A stretch of DNA of 64,000 nt from Bacilli bacterium (GCA_024399115.1 JAKSHZ010000001.1:23801-87800); one strand, 5' to 3'; shown: positions 46,301-56,079, numbered from the stretch's first letter. The notes: generated from the letters alone by a model not told the origin. A program made the numbers and translations.

Positions 46301-46405
46301 AGTAATGTAATCTTCTACAATCTGTTTAAGATTTACACCACCACTTACCATAACAGAACTACTTAATTCATCTAAAATATCATCATAAAAACTTACTACA
46401 GCCAT
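40310..46405 (-). CDS. central tail fibre / tip attachment protein (lambda J-like)
   Basis: 2031 aa after the NlpC/P60 gene; gpI-like N-terminus, EVRVIRLT, LSLGD, RLSAICANIG motifs. Confidence 0.75.
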   Translation of the reverse strand: MAVVSFYDDILDELSSSVMVSGGVNLKQIVEDYITAKGDETKVVEVYNSETDTTEYRTINIESYKILAMCNGEETSLDYDVKEQDVIALFFIPQGDGKTWAIIGGIALAATGIGLAFAAGSAVLASASIGKIVGLGIGSLLSMGVAGHLLYMGLKNDDKEKSSDKEKEDLLSVDGAQNELILDKRYQLVMGKHLLYPYIVGSPYHETHVRNIKDANEGDLGQQFHVMYCAGYGPLRLTNFKIENTVLAYNQSSDYGDRKTILHGQLSGCDDADTGTVGDITNIWKNNDVKLEILQAGSKITDENVMDKQIYGNIYPQSVSEKKIKANILYLYDKLLEDNAREYRIYKGAEIPKGYRTNTVRFSDGCPQKIQVELNMPNGYMAVWQDNGKTRYKKVPLHIAVQWRFARMDEEPSDANNPQGWHTFDEMVFDEGPVYPKPYRAADRISEISANKGLTPGTDTDYNNKWIGTPVFSIREEEDTNAWRYMTKEEISNALLSGELSTSSFNYTQKYEEVTSFSYPYAVRGERPATYDVYTVNPGSENEYKVENKSSGTGEYHYIESRPMVKIYADDEKVYTGNDDYNVNERRYVFQKTFTEEECRQMVNFHTDTTYLDNIEVRVIRLTPCYLEETSAPSDSVTATAYQDLINWTYLRTYKFDKTKYIDALNAAEKEFGNADSVSVMDYLERFATIKDLDKFCYIGLQLKQDVSNTGGSSLKKLNVIAESFNPKYSETEQKWFPENISKTYSYFHKITDGDETKIVECSKEEYEENIAIKPLEYSKRCNGNDFVAQIRDEIFIADNIEKDEGGNIIVDPLIKYTIPETVVRKYISSNSASVTLLSLFGNHLGSESKVYDNVEMGVFADFYDFCNDVTDGTKQTYAGTPFQIKNNFDPTNPARYKTRDEFVTAGWSDFSGDYGTQEAETFVDSDETPSLAVVVAKVRNNGYILTPVEFEAQRTHFENGEPFDYDDIEMYRAAGSNCIMECERYSWVAHHIADIHFTNQVTELVLKGRNILESLKDVPINALRDNIGEDLIQSLILLMNDLSAEEGTNNSYSFNGYYQPVLMYLEQTLNKGSTKYCKESDNLKHYRFRANGVLTKEIKMEQLLPKLLATGRANLKRSDDNKYEPLIGRPNPYPVTVLNQRNCHSRSNTKILDELPSGFQASLTDEDDNYGTNDFYVMDKGERPEDPTKKIEQFNMEYVTSKDQLACLTKYNLACRLYQRETYNASVGMIGYSLSLGDTLLIQDDTLLVGTDSGARIQEVIEDDSMIYGFVTDEPFEYTGVLDDKGLSVQGVTIVQPSKYQASRCVTLRVARESAHVEINEKIYSMKKGLTNLILLENPINKSTETSAESVQDGILSQFRPQYDNLVVYGEIGKMYIKAIVASITPKAKDKFDLVAIPYNEDLFHAGFKTPVFKSNMTLPTMAESFEFRPYVTASELAEKTSESIGGVYTSDVKPIDVPTLECYAYKDYIELRPIMPETSSLPETVNGFVYEREIPVIHIVYKKDDNYYEDELFTIPTTIPQGVEPVLEEGNKYSYVTKSFEPVEIVNDTYIFDRTVDGYPEAATLSEWKFRVKAINIYGNESENWAVANVNTVGYGTWKIPNFTKEDNVSVDVLDRNVIIKCYPASTSRSLYGDLKYKISIKRIGFTKARESDLDSEYALKEGVTLDDIIDTEWYAPDLYGTFLVDEDAYKGEVGEGIYGNIFSQTLPLLGQKGKDSPYSERILNTVYQYQITPFTEAGEGTPAVVTVTALCTSLSDIVKANMNYQDLYVKRLSAICANIGLISQGGMGEFGKSNYWALSTLLPEDTGLEDIIYKGAFQVGNDEQHIKVTPKLDPITQSLDYEVEIKAGNITLTTSGTSLDNGTEITSANNKFQRLVLKENGFVIQKRDFENTEWYDQGKIVIDQNGTLTLTNNTDESELPQAGVEIVSAIYHFNKPGNFTDEEGKNPLELIASGVVKSDGAKSYLSGDVSFDIPNKTFDLMFESEADGISVGESKIRTDGEVILGYNRMIDENWGFETIPTNLFKVNP

Positions 46406-46779
46406 GTGTACACTCTCCCAATAAACTGTTTGTATCTGCTTACATTATCAAGATGAACACCAAGAGAATTACAGTGAATAAACTTTCCATTGCCTAAATA
46501 GACTCCTATGTGAGAGTTTATTCCATTCATATCTTTGATAAGAATGATATCGCCTTCATTCTTTGGCTCATCAACTTTCTTAACATTAATCTTTTTAATG
46601 CACTGATTTTCACAGTCTGCAAAATCTCTGTTACTTCTCATTGCATCTTCAACATCATAAAGGTTGTGTCCGAATCGTCTGGAAACTTCTATTGCCAACC
46701 CGTAACAATCAAGTCCACTAGAAATATCACGACCGTTATTGCAATAAGGAATATCGAGCAAATCGTCAATTTCAATCAC
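46396..46779 (-). CDS. NlpC/P60 tail assembly protein (gpK-like)
   Basis: GLDCYGL, HIGVYLGNGKFIH. Confidence 0.9.
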   Translation of the reverse strand: MIEIDDLLDIPYCNNGRDISSGLDCYGLAIEVSRRFGHNLYDVEDAMRSNRDFADCENQCIKKINVKKVDEPKNEGDIILIKDMNGINSHIGVYLGNGKFIHCNSLGVHLDNVSRYKQFIGRVYTWL

Positions 46780-46782
46780 CTA

Positions 46783-47310
46783 TTATTCCCCTTCCACCGC
46801 TGCTGGACATCTTGTTTTAGTACCTAAATCAACTGGTACACTTAACTGCATTGCCGGATCAAATACCAAGTTCCATTTAGCAGTCTGGTTATCCCAGTTA
46901 ACTGAAGTCATCTCAAATTCATAATGATTAAGTTTATTGAACACAAATTCTGTGTCTGAAATCTTTGCAAAATAAGCTTCCAATACACAACGAGGATTTG
47001 TATTAATAGTTCTAATCATTTCAATAATTCTTCTATCAATTGCAGATACTGTAATTGATGTATTACCAATCTTCTGACCATCTTCACTTGGAAGAGTACA
47101 ACTGAATACTGCTGGTAAATATTTCTTACCGTTATGTCTTACTGCTGTAGTTGAATTAATTAATCTGAAATGACCATTTTCCTGCCCAAAACTCTGGTCA
47201 CTCCATACAAGTTCATCGTGCTGAATATCAATTAAAAATGGGAAAGTTCCTTCTGTAGATGAACTGAACAATTCCTGAAGTGTTAATGTTTCTATCTGTT
47301 TCCCCTGCAT
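46783..47310 (-). CDS. minor tail protein (gpL/DUF1833-like)
   Basis: Position in operon; Y.PA.F..TLP...ID pattern. Confidence 0.65.
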   Translation of the reverse strand: MQGKQIETLTLQELFSSSTEGTFPFLIDIQHDELVWSDQSFGQENGHFRLINSTTAVRHNGKKYLPAVFSCTLPSEDGQKIGNTSITVSAIDRRIIEMIRTINTNPRCVLEAYFAKISDTEFVFNKLNHYEFEMTSVNWDNQTAKWNLVFDPAMQLSVPVDLGTKTRCPAAVEGE

Positions 47311-47313
47311 AAT

Positions 47314-48048
47314 TTACCCCTGAATCAAAAGAACTGCATTTGGATTATCAACGGCAAACTTTGTAGATGTAACTGTGAAATTATAAGTTCCCGGAGTTGT
47401 AATCTTGTCAAATGAACACATCACTGATCTGCGTTCCTGATAAATGCGTTTAATTGTAACTGGTACAACTACATCAGCTTCTGTTGTATAAAAAATAGAA
47501 AGGTCTGTATAAATAGGAAGTTCGTCTGGTAAACCGTTGAACACCAATTCAAGTTCACCGTTTTTAGCATTGATATGGTCGATGGATACAACCTTATTTG
47601 GTACTTCAATAAGTCCTGAATATACTTCTTTCCAAGTCATCTGAACTCTCATTGAAAGACCTGACTTCTGTGGTGATAAGGAAGATGTAATCTTATAAAG
47701 ACACATATCAGCCTTGTCTTTAGACTGTAAGTTATCTACTGGATGCTTAGAAATACAAGGAAACCAGAATGGATTTGAACGTTTATGTTTATACTTAAAC
47801 CAACGCACAAAACGGTCATATTCTGTATATCCTTCTTCATCAACTGGATACTGGTAGTCATTTCCTATTCCATTCCAGTCAAAATCCATCACAACTGTAT
47901 ACTGGTCAGGCACAGCAAGTGCAGTTGCTCTGCCTTCTTCGTATCCGTTTGAGTCTTTATCTTCAATGTATCCATTTTCGCCTATTTTGTAGCTTGAGTC
48001 ATCAATTATACGTTGATTAACACCTACAGGCCATCCTATTATTTTCAT
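47314..48048 (-). CDS. distal tail protein-like
   Basis: Follows the tape measure gene; N-terminal WP and F..WF...NPFWFP pattern. Confidence 0.6.
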   Translation of the reverse strand: MKIIGWPVGVNQRIIDDSSYKIGENGYIEDKDSNGYEEGRATALAVPDQYTVVMDFDWNGIGNDYQYPVDEEGYTEYDRFVRWFKYKHKRSNPFWFPCISKHPVDNLQSKDKADMCLYKITSSLSPQKSGLSMRVQMTWKEVYSGLIEVPNKVVSIDHINAKNGELELVFNGLPDELPIYTDLSIFYTTEADVVVPVTIKRIYQERRSVMCSFDKITTPGTYNFTVTSTKFAVDNPNAVLLIQG

Positions 48049-48055
48049 ACTAGGA

Positions 48056-48084
48056 ACTTTACTGTAGGTATTAATCGTAGTTAA
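48056..48084 (-). promoter_or_regulatory. putative late promoter, leaderless (TTAACTACGA-N13-TAAAGT-N7-ATG)
   Basis: Exact 10-mer at 48075-48084; ATG at the expected +1; no RBS. Confidence 0.65.
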
Positions 48085-51000
48085 TTACATTGTGTATCTT
48101 CTACCAGAATTGTTTGCTTCACGAGCTGCAAAAGCACCATCAACTTCACCATTAGCAACCGCTTCGTTAACAACTGCAACGATTGTTGCTCTGATATCAA
48201 GTTCTCCATTTGGTCCTTCACGCTGTTCTGTTTTACCAACCTTAACTCTATCACCAGCTTCATTAACGATTGTGATATTTACATTTCCTCTACCACCTGC
48301 TAATGAACCCGGAGTTTTTGTTGCAATTAAGTAATCATCAGGAGCAGTTGTAATAACCTTTCCACCCGGAGCAATAATAGCATCGTTTACACTCTGATAA
48401 GATAAGTCGTATCCTCTATCAATTGCGTTTTCGTGACGGAGATTTTTCTCGTAGTATTCAGCATCTGTTTTAGCCTGTTCAAGAAGGTCCGCAAGCATAT
48501 CTTTAAGATTCTTGAGACGAGATTCTTTATCATCCTGTTCGTCATCTTCAAACATACCGCTTATTAATGATGCAATACCACCTACACCTGCCATTGTAAG
48601 ACCGGCAAATACCATTCCCCATTCACCTTTAAGGGCAGCCTGTCCTGCAATTGTAAGGCCTGTCTGAATCATTGTAGAACCGATAGTTCCAAATATGTTA
48701 GCACCAATCTGTTTCCAGCATTTAGCAATTTCTTCTGAACCTGCACTCATGTCATCAATGTATTTACCCATTGTCTTGAATGTATCTGCTACACCACTGA
48801 ATAATCCTGATGAAAGTGAATCCGTGATTGAGCCCATTGCATCATCAAGCATTCCAGAAACAGACTTCTTAAATACTGCAGAATCAATTTTCTTGAACAA
48901 GTTAAATGATGTTTCATCCCAAGTGTTCTGTTCATCGAAATCTTCTTGAGTGATTTCACCCTTACTTAACTGATTTTTCAAAGCTTCATACTGTTCAAAC
49001 TGGCTACGGAGATTTTCTTGAGAGAATCCTAAGCTAGTAAAGAAATCAGAAGCATCTTTGTTGTTAATCAAGTTAAGGATTGTGTCCTGATAGTTCATTT
49101 CACCAAGACCAAGCTGATTCATTAAGTTCTGTTCTACAAAACTATTAGAACCAGTTCTTGTAGAGTTGATCGCAAAATCAGTTCCGAGTAAGAAACTATG
49201 TTCATATTGACCATTTAATACCTGATTAGTAATGCTATTTTCATTGAACTTATTAACGAATTCCAACTGTTTAAGTGCTTTAGTATTCTCATCAGTTGCA
49301 ACGTAATTTTGATAAATTGCAAGCATTAAGTTATCTTCTGCATTAATCAGTTCAGAGCTATTATCAATAATAGCCTGTGCCTCTGCATCGGATAAAACTT
49401 TTGATGCTTCATTGAACGCCCTATTTGTAGCATTCTGATTAGCAAATAACTTTTGAATATAATCATTACCGACAGCATAAGATACAAATGCACTCCAAGC
49501 CTTAGCATCAAGTTCTTTGTTAGAATGCATTGTATCAAAATCTCCACCGAAAGCAGATCTTTGATATTCACTAATTTGATTAAACCATTTTCTATATTCT
49601 ACTTCTGTTGCAACCTGTGCGGCCTGATATGCAGCCTTAGCATTATTATATCTTTCCTGTTGCTCTGATGTGGCACTACCTTTTTTAAGTTCAACGCTTT
49701 CCTGCTGAGATTTAGTCATTTCAGCCGAAGTAACAAGATTTTTGAAACTTTCATCATCAGTGAACAGTTTGAGAATATTTCTAACTTGGAATTTCTCGTT
49801 TTTAGCGAGTTCTTTATATTCATCTTTGTTAAGAGTATCAGTAAGTTTATTTGTGAAATCTTTGACTGTCGCTGTATCCCAACCTTTGAATGCACCTTTC
49901 TGAGCACCACCAGCCATAACACTAAGTTCAACTGATAATGCATCTGTAGATTTAGATAATTCATCAATCTTAGACTTGAATTCAGATAATGCACTAACTG
50001 TCTGAGTTAACTGAGTCTTCTGGTCAAGTAATGCTTTTGCGGCAGTTGTAGCGTTTTCACGCATTTTGATAAAGCCGTTTTCATTTGTGAAAAGAACATC
50101 ATAAGCATTGGCATCAGTTGCTTTAATGCTATTGGCAAACTCACCAAGATGTTTCTGATATTCTGGATCATAAATATTTGCTCCATCTTCCATTGTTGTG
50201 AATGAACTAGCGAGGAATTCTCTTAATGAGTCTGTTTCTTCTTGTAATGAGCTTGCATAAGCCTGAGTAACTTCTGTAGCAGATGTTAAACTCATTGCAA
50301 ATGACTGGAAGTTCTTAGCAGTTCCTTCCCAATCAATTGAACTTGTATTATCTCTTGAGTTGTTACCAGTTGAAGTTTTCTTACCAGTATAAGCGATTCT
50401 TGTTCCACCGTTTACAGAGAATACATCTGCAACTGACATATTATTAAGCATTGCTCTTGTAATATTCTTTACAGAGTTTTTCTGAGCCTGTTTTGCAAAG
50501 AGCTCTACAGCTTGGTCTCCTCTTGTAATCTGACCACTTTTGAAGTGCTCAAGGTCCACTCCAAGAGTTGAATTAAGAATACGCTGCCATAAAGGATATG
50601 TATCTTTACCTTTAGTCTGATGTGTTTCATCCCAACTGCGAATGTTACCAGCCTTTCCATATCGGCTAACTAAATATTCTGGTAACTGAGTAGCTAGAGA
50701 ACTATTTCTTTCTGCAAGCCTACCTAAAATCTTTTCATATCCCTCTGCAAATGTTCTATAATTTGCTTCTGTATTTCCTTTCATAGAACCATCTGCATTA
50801 AATAGATATGATTGTAATGCAGTTATTACAGCATTGGTGAATGCATCTGCTTGGATACTAGAAAGAGACATTACTTTAGCCCCTAAATCTTCCCAGTTCT
50901 TTTGGTTCGCTTCTTTAATTCTTTCCTGTTCTTCTTCTGTTTTACCATAGAATAATTCTGGTATATCATTAACGAAATTTTCAGGAACCATCTGAACTTG

Positions 51001-54000
51001 TTCAAGAGGATTAATAATACCAGAGTCAAGAATCTCACCAAATGTTTCCAAACTTAAATTAAGACCAGATAAAAGAGTTCCTGAATCATCAATCAGCGGT
51101 GCTAAACGTTGATATGCTTCATAACCTTTATTCCACAATTCTTTTTCTTGGTCTTCAGTGTATTTTTTGCCAGCATCTGTTTTGAGCCATTCCTGTTCAG
51201 ATTTTTGACCAAGTTTATACAAACTAGAATCTTTCTTAAAAGCATTAGTCTGGACTCTATCCCATGCCTTAGCAGCAATATCTTCAATATTAAGATAGAT
51301 TTGCTGGAACTGGAATTCTAATCCTTTTTCAGCTTCTTTCTTCTCAATTGCAGTTCTACCATTTTCGAAATAATCAATTCGTTTTTGATAAAACTCTCTT
51401 GCATTTTTTCTTCCCTCTTTTGATGCAAGATCAACTCCGTTTAGAATAGCATATGGATTCGTTTTTGCTAATTTGTTTACAATGAAATTTAATGGGTTAA
51501 AATCTTGAACCTCATCAGGTAATGAAGCATAATATTTTAATGCATTGTTACCAAACTTGTGCCAACCTCTTGTAGCACCACCTAAAGTTACGATTTGATT
51601 AAATCTCTGTAAACCTGCACTTTCACTACCAATAGTATATGAATCTAATGTTTTTCTAGAGTTTCTGTAAACTTCGGCCTGTAAAGCTCGTTTTTCAGAA
51701 ATGGTGGTTAATGCATTTAACTGATTAATTCTTTCCTGAATTCTTTTAAGTTCAGTTTCTGATGCCCCATCTTTCTTTTTTCTATCATATTCTTCTTGTA
51801 ATGCTTTAAGTCTGTTTTCACGAATTTCAATCATTTCAACATTGTGGTCAATATTTCTTAAATGTGCCCAATCTTGTAATCCGTTAAAAAGACCTTCTTT
51901 AATTTCAAGGAGATTTCTTCCGATAGAATCATTTTCACCGTGGTCGCCAATGTTTAATAACATCTGACCAAATTCTGCCTGAGCAAGTTGTTTTGCATCC
52001 TGTAAGTTCTGTTGTCTTGCTGCCCATGTCTTAGAACCAATATTTACAGCATTATTAAACATACCGCCGGGTCCAGTCATATTCTGGAAAACCTTTTCAA
52101 TGATGTTAGAAGTAATTTTACCTTCTTCTGTCATCTTACGGATCTGTTCAACACCTTTACCAAGTTCTTTGGAAAGTTCAGCATAAATAGGAATACCTGC
52201 AGTAGCAAACTCTCTTAATTGTCTTGTAGTTGCTTTTCCATTTGCTTCAATCTGAGCAAACGCATTTGCGATATTACCAAACTTCTGTTGGTTACCACCA
52301 GCAACATCTCCGATTTGTTTAAGAGTATCCATTAAGTTAGAAGCATATACACCAGACTGCTTTAACTGAACTGCAAAAGAAGATACAGTTTCTACACCGA
52401 AAGGTGATTTTACAGAATACTGTGCAATATCATTAAAAAGTGCATCTGCCTGAGACTGCGAACCATATACAATTCCGAGGTTTGTTTTTACAGTTTCAAT
52501 TCTTCCGAATGCTTCAAGAGATTCTTGAGAGAATTTTATAACTGCCTTAGTTGCATCTGTAATAGCCTTACCAAATGCTCCTAAACCTACTGCTTTTAAT
52601 GTACCAGACTGTCTATATCCAATATTTGCTAAGAGACCTGTTAATCCTGTTCTCTGTCTATATCCTGTTGCTTTATTAAATAATGTCTGTTCAAAACTTG
52701 TTTTATAACTTCCTGTTGCTTCAAAACGCTTAAACATTTCTGCCTGTTCCTTCGTTCTGATAGGAGCATATCTAGCTTGATCATATAACTTCTTTCGTTC
52801 TTCTGCAGACTGTTTTTGAGCATTTGTGGCCTCTGAAGTAGATTCCTTAAATTTTGACATTTCAGGATTTAATTCAGACATTATGCTATTAAGTTTTTCA
52901 AGAGTCTTTTGATATTCTTCTTGATTTAATGTTACCTTCTGAGATAATTCAATCTTTTCATTTTCTGAAATTGTGCTATCATTTAACATTTCCTGATACT
53001 TTTTGAGTTGATTATTTAATTCTTCAAAAGTACCAAGTAATCCAGATGCTTCTTGTACAATAACAGTATCACCTTCTTCATCCTTGCCATATACTGTAAA
53101 GTTTCCGATTTTTTTAGTATCTTCTCTATTATTAAACTCAAATGCTTTTTGGCGTTCAGCGATTGTCGAGAACTCATTTTTAGCAATTCTGTTAATATCA
53201 CTAAGATTCTTGATAAACTCACGATAAGTTGTTCTAAACTCAATCATAAGTGCATCATCTTTAGCACTGTCTTTTTGAATTCTATTAACTGCAGATTCAT
53301 ATCTGTCAAATCGAACATCATTTTGTCTCTTTGAGAATTCTTGTCTGTCAATTCTATCTAAGATACTAAATTCTTCTTTATCCTTCCAATTAATTACATC
53401 AGAGAAAACACCAGCTCTTCTAGAAGCTTCATTAAGCATATTAGATTTCTTATCTGCCAACAATTTTGTATCTTCAATAATCTGCTTAAGTTCATTCTTC
53501 TGAGCCTCGTATTCTTTAAGGGCTGTTGAAGCCAATGGGTCACTTGAATTTCTAAGTTTTTCCATATTGGCATCAAGTCTATCTATTGTTGATTTAATAT
53601 TATCAACATTCTTAATTGCAGCAATAAGACTTGTAAAAATCTGTGCATCTTTATCAGAAAGTAAACCTAAAACTTTACCACTAGTTTCTTCTACAACTCG
53701 ATGTTCGCCAGATACCTTACCGAGATTCCAAGGGTCTTTTGTAGCAATGATATTATCAGCATCATCAGTAACATAAGCACGACCATCTTTTGTAAGAATC
53801 AAGTCATTTACACTTTGAATACTCTTTAAGTCTGGAGAAACTAAATAAGAATCAGGAGATACAGAACTGATCTTTTTAGACTGTTCTTCAATATTTGTTG
53901 CAAGATTATTTAAGCTGGTTGTTACTTTTTCTGTAGCAATTTCAAATTCTTCTTCTTCATCTTCTAAATCTAAGTTGTATTCATCATTTAATAAGTCATC

Positions 54001-55665
54001 GTCATCATCTGAACTTGAAATCCCAAGTATATCTTCACGATGAGTAATGGCTTCTATGAAATTTTCTGCAACATTACGTAAACGGTCTTCTGTTAATAGT
54101 TGGCCATCATACAAGTCGCCATTGTGAGTCTTGAAGTCATCAACTATCCCCTGAATTGATGTAGTTTGTGGAGAACCAGTAGAGTGACTATCAATAAAGG
54201 ACTGAACTTTATTAATAAAGTGTTCTGTATATGTTTTAAATAGAACTTCAGGGTCCATTAAGCTAATTTGCTGTTCAGCAATTTGCTTAAACTTTGTGAC
54301 TGGTGTCGCAGATGACAAATTAAATTGTTTTAAAATGTTAGTGTAAGTCTCGTTATCTACACCCTTTTCGATTTGGTCTATTGCATTTTTAAATGATTCT
54401 GTATAAGTTTCGAAATTAGTAACAAGTTGATCAAAAACTTTTTTAAGGCTTTCTCCATTACTATTAAGAAATTCTTCGGCATCTTCTGATAATGGTGTTG
54501 TATCAGTAGGAGTCTTATCCATACCTGTAAAAAGTTTTTCATACAAACCTTGAAGTCCTGTAAAATCATTACTAAGCCCCTGAGAAATTCTTGATTCTTC
54601 TCTTTGAATTGTTTCAACTAAATTAACAATTGATTTGCCAAGTTCTGTAATATAGGTAATGTTCTGATAGTTTTCACGTAAGGTTTCATTTTTAGTAGAT
54701 TGTTGACCTGTTGGTCCTACACCATCAGTAACACCTACAAAATCAACAGTTTCATATCCTCTTTTATAAGCTAAAGCAGAAATTTCATCTGTTATCTTTG
54801 GTGTAAAATCACGTACTACCCCTTGAAAATTATATCTATCAGAAAAACTTCTAAAATCATCAGGGTCATTATTAATTTCATTAAAGATTTTACTCATTTC
54901 GATCAAATCTTTAGTTATTTTACGGCGTTCTTCTAATGTTTTTGTAGAATCATAAACTTGTTTTTCAAGTTCTTCAAATTCTTTAATCCAGTTAAGAGTG
55001 TACTCTCTTAATTTTGTACCTTCTCTTCCAAAGTAATTTAAATTATCCCATTCATATCCTTGAGAATCATTTACAACTAACTCATTACGTGGTAATGCAT
55101 ATCCTTTCGCAATATCTCTTCCAGAATGCTTAAAATATTGTACCTGTTCAAAGTCTTGAGACCAATATCCACCAGAATCTAACCACTCTCCTGTTCTACC
55201 ACTTCTTACACCATGCCCATAGGCAGGGTCCTGTTTTTGACCTGTAGGAGTTTGTCTATCTCCGGCACGATATTCAAGTTTTGCACCTTGGTCTAAAAGA
55301 GATTGAATAGTATCTAATTCTTGATTATATTTTGTAGAAAAATCTTTTAACTGCTGGTCTAAAGTATTACTAAACTCAGCAATTGCATTAATATTACCAT
55401 CATTATTTTTAAGAGAATCGTAAGTCTTTTTTAACTGTTCAATTTGAGTAAGAGCTTCTCGAATATGTTCGTTGTACTGTTCTTGTGCTGCAGAGTTCTT
55501 AATTAAACTTGCAGTATTACTGTCTAAAGAGTTTTTTTCTGATTCAAATGACTTCTGTGCATCATTTCTTAACTCACCAGCCTCTTCTTTTGCAACCGCA
55601 TTTAATAAATCAGCACTTGCATTTTCAATTAAATCATCTGTTTCGTTTTCAAAGTTTTCAGACAT
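48085..55665 (-). CDS. tail tape measure protein with a long N-terminal extension
   Basis: Tape-measure domain (SPFGV...IGDVAGG...GIPIY.EL...GKITS) near residue 1080; follows the tail chaperones. Confidence 0.9.
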   Translation of the reverse strand: MSENFENETDDLIENASADLLNAVAKEEAGELRNDAQKSFESEKNSLDSNTASLIKNSAAQEQYNEHIREALTQIEQLKKTYDSLKNNDGNINAIAEFSNTLDQQLKDFSTKYNQELDTIQSLLDQGAKLEYRAGDRQTPTGQKQDPAYGHGVRSGRTGEWLDSGGYWSQDFEQVQYFKHSGRDIAKGYALPRNELVVNDSQGYEWDNLNYFGREGTKLREYTLNWIKEFEELEKQVYDSTKTLEERRKITKDLIEMSKIFNEINNDPDDFRSFSDRYNFQGVVRDFTPKITDEISALAYKRGYETVDFVGVTDGVGPTGQQSTKNETLRENYQNITYITELGKSIVNLVETIQREESRISQGLSNDFTGLQGLYEKLFTGMDKTPTDTTPLSEDAEEFLNSNGESLKKVFDQLVTNFETYTESFKNAIDQIEKGVDNETYTNILKQFNLSSATPVTKFKQIAEQQISLMDPEVLFKTYTEHFINKVQSFIDSHSTGSPQTTSIQGIVDDFKTHNGDLYDGQLLTEDRLRNVAENFIEAITHREDILGISSSDDDDDLLNDEYNLDLEDEEEEFEIATEKVTTSLNNLATNIEEQSKKISSVSPDSYLVSPDLKSIQSVNDLILTKDGRAYVTDDADNIIATKDPWNLGKVSGEHRVVEETSGKVLGLLSDKDAQIFTSLIAAIKNVDNIKSTIDRLDANMEKLRNSSDPLASTALKEYEAQKNELKQIIEDTKLLADKKSNMLNEASRRAGVFSDVINWKDKEEFSILDRIDRQEFSKRQNDVRFDRYESAVNRIQKDSAKDDALMIEFRTTYREFIKNLSDINRIAKNEFSTIAERQKAFEFNNREDTKKIGNFTVYGKDEEGDTVIVQEASGLLGTFEELNNQLKKYQEMLNDSTISENEKIELSQKVTLNQEEYQKTLEKLNSIMSELNPEMSKFKESTSEATNAQKQSAEERKKLYDQARYAPIRTKEQAEMFKRFEATGSYKTSFEQTLFNKATGYRQRTGLTGLLANIGYRQSGTLKAVGLGAFGKAITDATKAVIKFSQESLEAFGRIETVKTNLGIVYGSQSQADALFNDIAQYSVKSPFGVETVSSFAVQLKQSGVYASNLMDTLKQIGDVAGGNQQKFGNIANAFAQIEANGKATTRQLREFATAGIPIYAELSKELGKGVEQIRKMTEEGKITSNIIEKVFQNMTGPGGMFNNAVNIGSKTWAARQQNLQDAKQLAQAEFGQMLLNIGDHGENDSIGRNLLEIKEGLFNGLQDWAHLRNIDHNVEMIEIRENRLKALQEEYDRKKKDGASETELKRIQERINQLNALTTISEKRALQAEVYRNSRKTLDSYTIGSESAGLQRFNQIVTLGGATRGWHKFGNNALKYYASLPDEVQDFNPLNFIVNKLAKTNPYAILNGVDLASKEGRKNAREFYQKRIDYFENGRTAIEKKEAEKGLEFQFQQIYLNIEDIAAKAWDRVQTNAFKKDSSLYKLGQKSEQEWLKTDAGKKYTEDQEKELWNKGYEAYQRLAPLIDDSGTLLSGLNLSLETFGEILDSGIINPLEQVQMVPENFVNDIPELFYGKTEEEQERIKEANQKNWEDLGAKVMSLSSIQADAFTNAVITALQSYLFNADGSMKGNTEANYRTFAEGYEKILGRLAERNSSLATQLPEYLVSRYGKAGNIRSWDETHQTKGKDTYPLWQRILNSTLGVDLEHFKSGQITRGDQAVELFAKQAQKNSVKNITRAMLNNMSVADVFSVNGGTRIAYTGKKTSTGNNSRDNTSSIDWEGTAKNFQSFAMSLTSATEVTQAYASSLQEETDSLREFLASSFTTMEDGANIYDPEYQKHLGEFANSIKATDANAYDVLFTNENGFIKMRENATTAAKALLDQKTQLTQTVSALSEFKSKIDELSKSTDALSVELSVMAGGAQKGAFKGWDTATVKDFTNKLTDTLNKDEYKELAKNEKFQVRNILKLFTDDESFKNLVTSAEMTKSQQESVELKKGSATSEQQERYNNAKAAYQAAQVATEVEYRKWFNQISEYQRSAFGGDFDTMHSNKELDAKAWSAFVSYAVGNDYIQKLFANQNATNRAFNEASKVLSDAEAQAIIDNSSELINAEDNLMLAIYQNYVATDENTKALKQLEFVNKFNENSITNQVLNGQYEHSFLLGTDFAINSTRTGSNSFVEQNLMNQLGLGEMNYQDTILNLINNKDASDFFTSLGFSQENLRSQFEQYEALKNQLSKGEITQEDFDEQNTWDETSFNLFKKIDSAVFKKSVSGMLDDAMGSITDSLSSGLFSGVADTFKTMGKYIDDMSAGSEEIAKCWKQIGANIFGTIGSTMIQTGLTIAGQAALKGEWGMVFAGLTMAGVGGIASLISGMFEDDEQDDKESRLKNLKDMLADLLEQAKTDAEYYEKNLRHENAIDRGYDLSYQSVNDAIIAPGGKVITTAPDDYLIATKTPGSLAGGRGNVNITIVNEAGDRVKVGKTEQREGPNGELDIRATIVAVVNEAVANGEVDGAFAAREANNSGRRYTM

Positions 55666-55690
55666 AACTCATTTCTCCTATTCTAGAGAA

Positions 55691-55719
55691 ATGATAAAGA
55701 GGTTTATTATCGTAGTTAA
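55691..55719 (-). promoter_or_regulatory. putative late promoter (TTAACTACGA-N13-TATCAT)
   Basis: Exact 10-mer at 55710-55719, upstream of the tape measure gene. Confidence 0.65.
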
Positions 55720-55839
55720 AAATACTAGTCAAAAAATTAGGTATTCACTTAACAAAATATAAATGATATATTTTTCATAATATTTAACTAACACTTTCTT
55801 GCAGGGTGTAGTATAATATTAATAAAGCAATCTATTTAT

Positions 55840-56079
55840 ATGGGGGTTATAAATATGGATACAGGAAGAGTAATAGGAGCTCTTTCCTATTGTACAACAA
55901 GAGAATCAATTGCCGACACATTTGATAAATTTGAAGTAAAAGAGCTGTCTCAAAAAATTGAATATTTGAATCAATGTATGGGTGCGGATGAAACATTTTT
56001 CTCTGGTGGAGATGAATTAAACGAAGAAGTGAAGTATGAATTAACTCTTCAAATGTTTGAACTCGGAGAATGGAGATAG
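55840..56079 (+). CDS. small acidic protein (moron gene 1)
   Basis: Antisense to the tail operon; TATAAT upstream. Confidence 0.55.
   Translation: MGVINMDTGRVIGALSYCTTRESIADTFDKFEVKELSQKIEYLNQCMGADETFFSGGDELNEEVKYELTLQMFELGEWR

Noticed and set aside
35692-46405. Diversity-generating retroelement targeting tail fibres
   Set aside because: No reverse transcriptase ORF and no template/variable repeat pair noticed in this window
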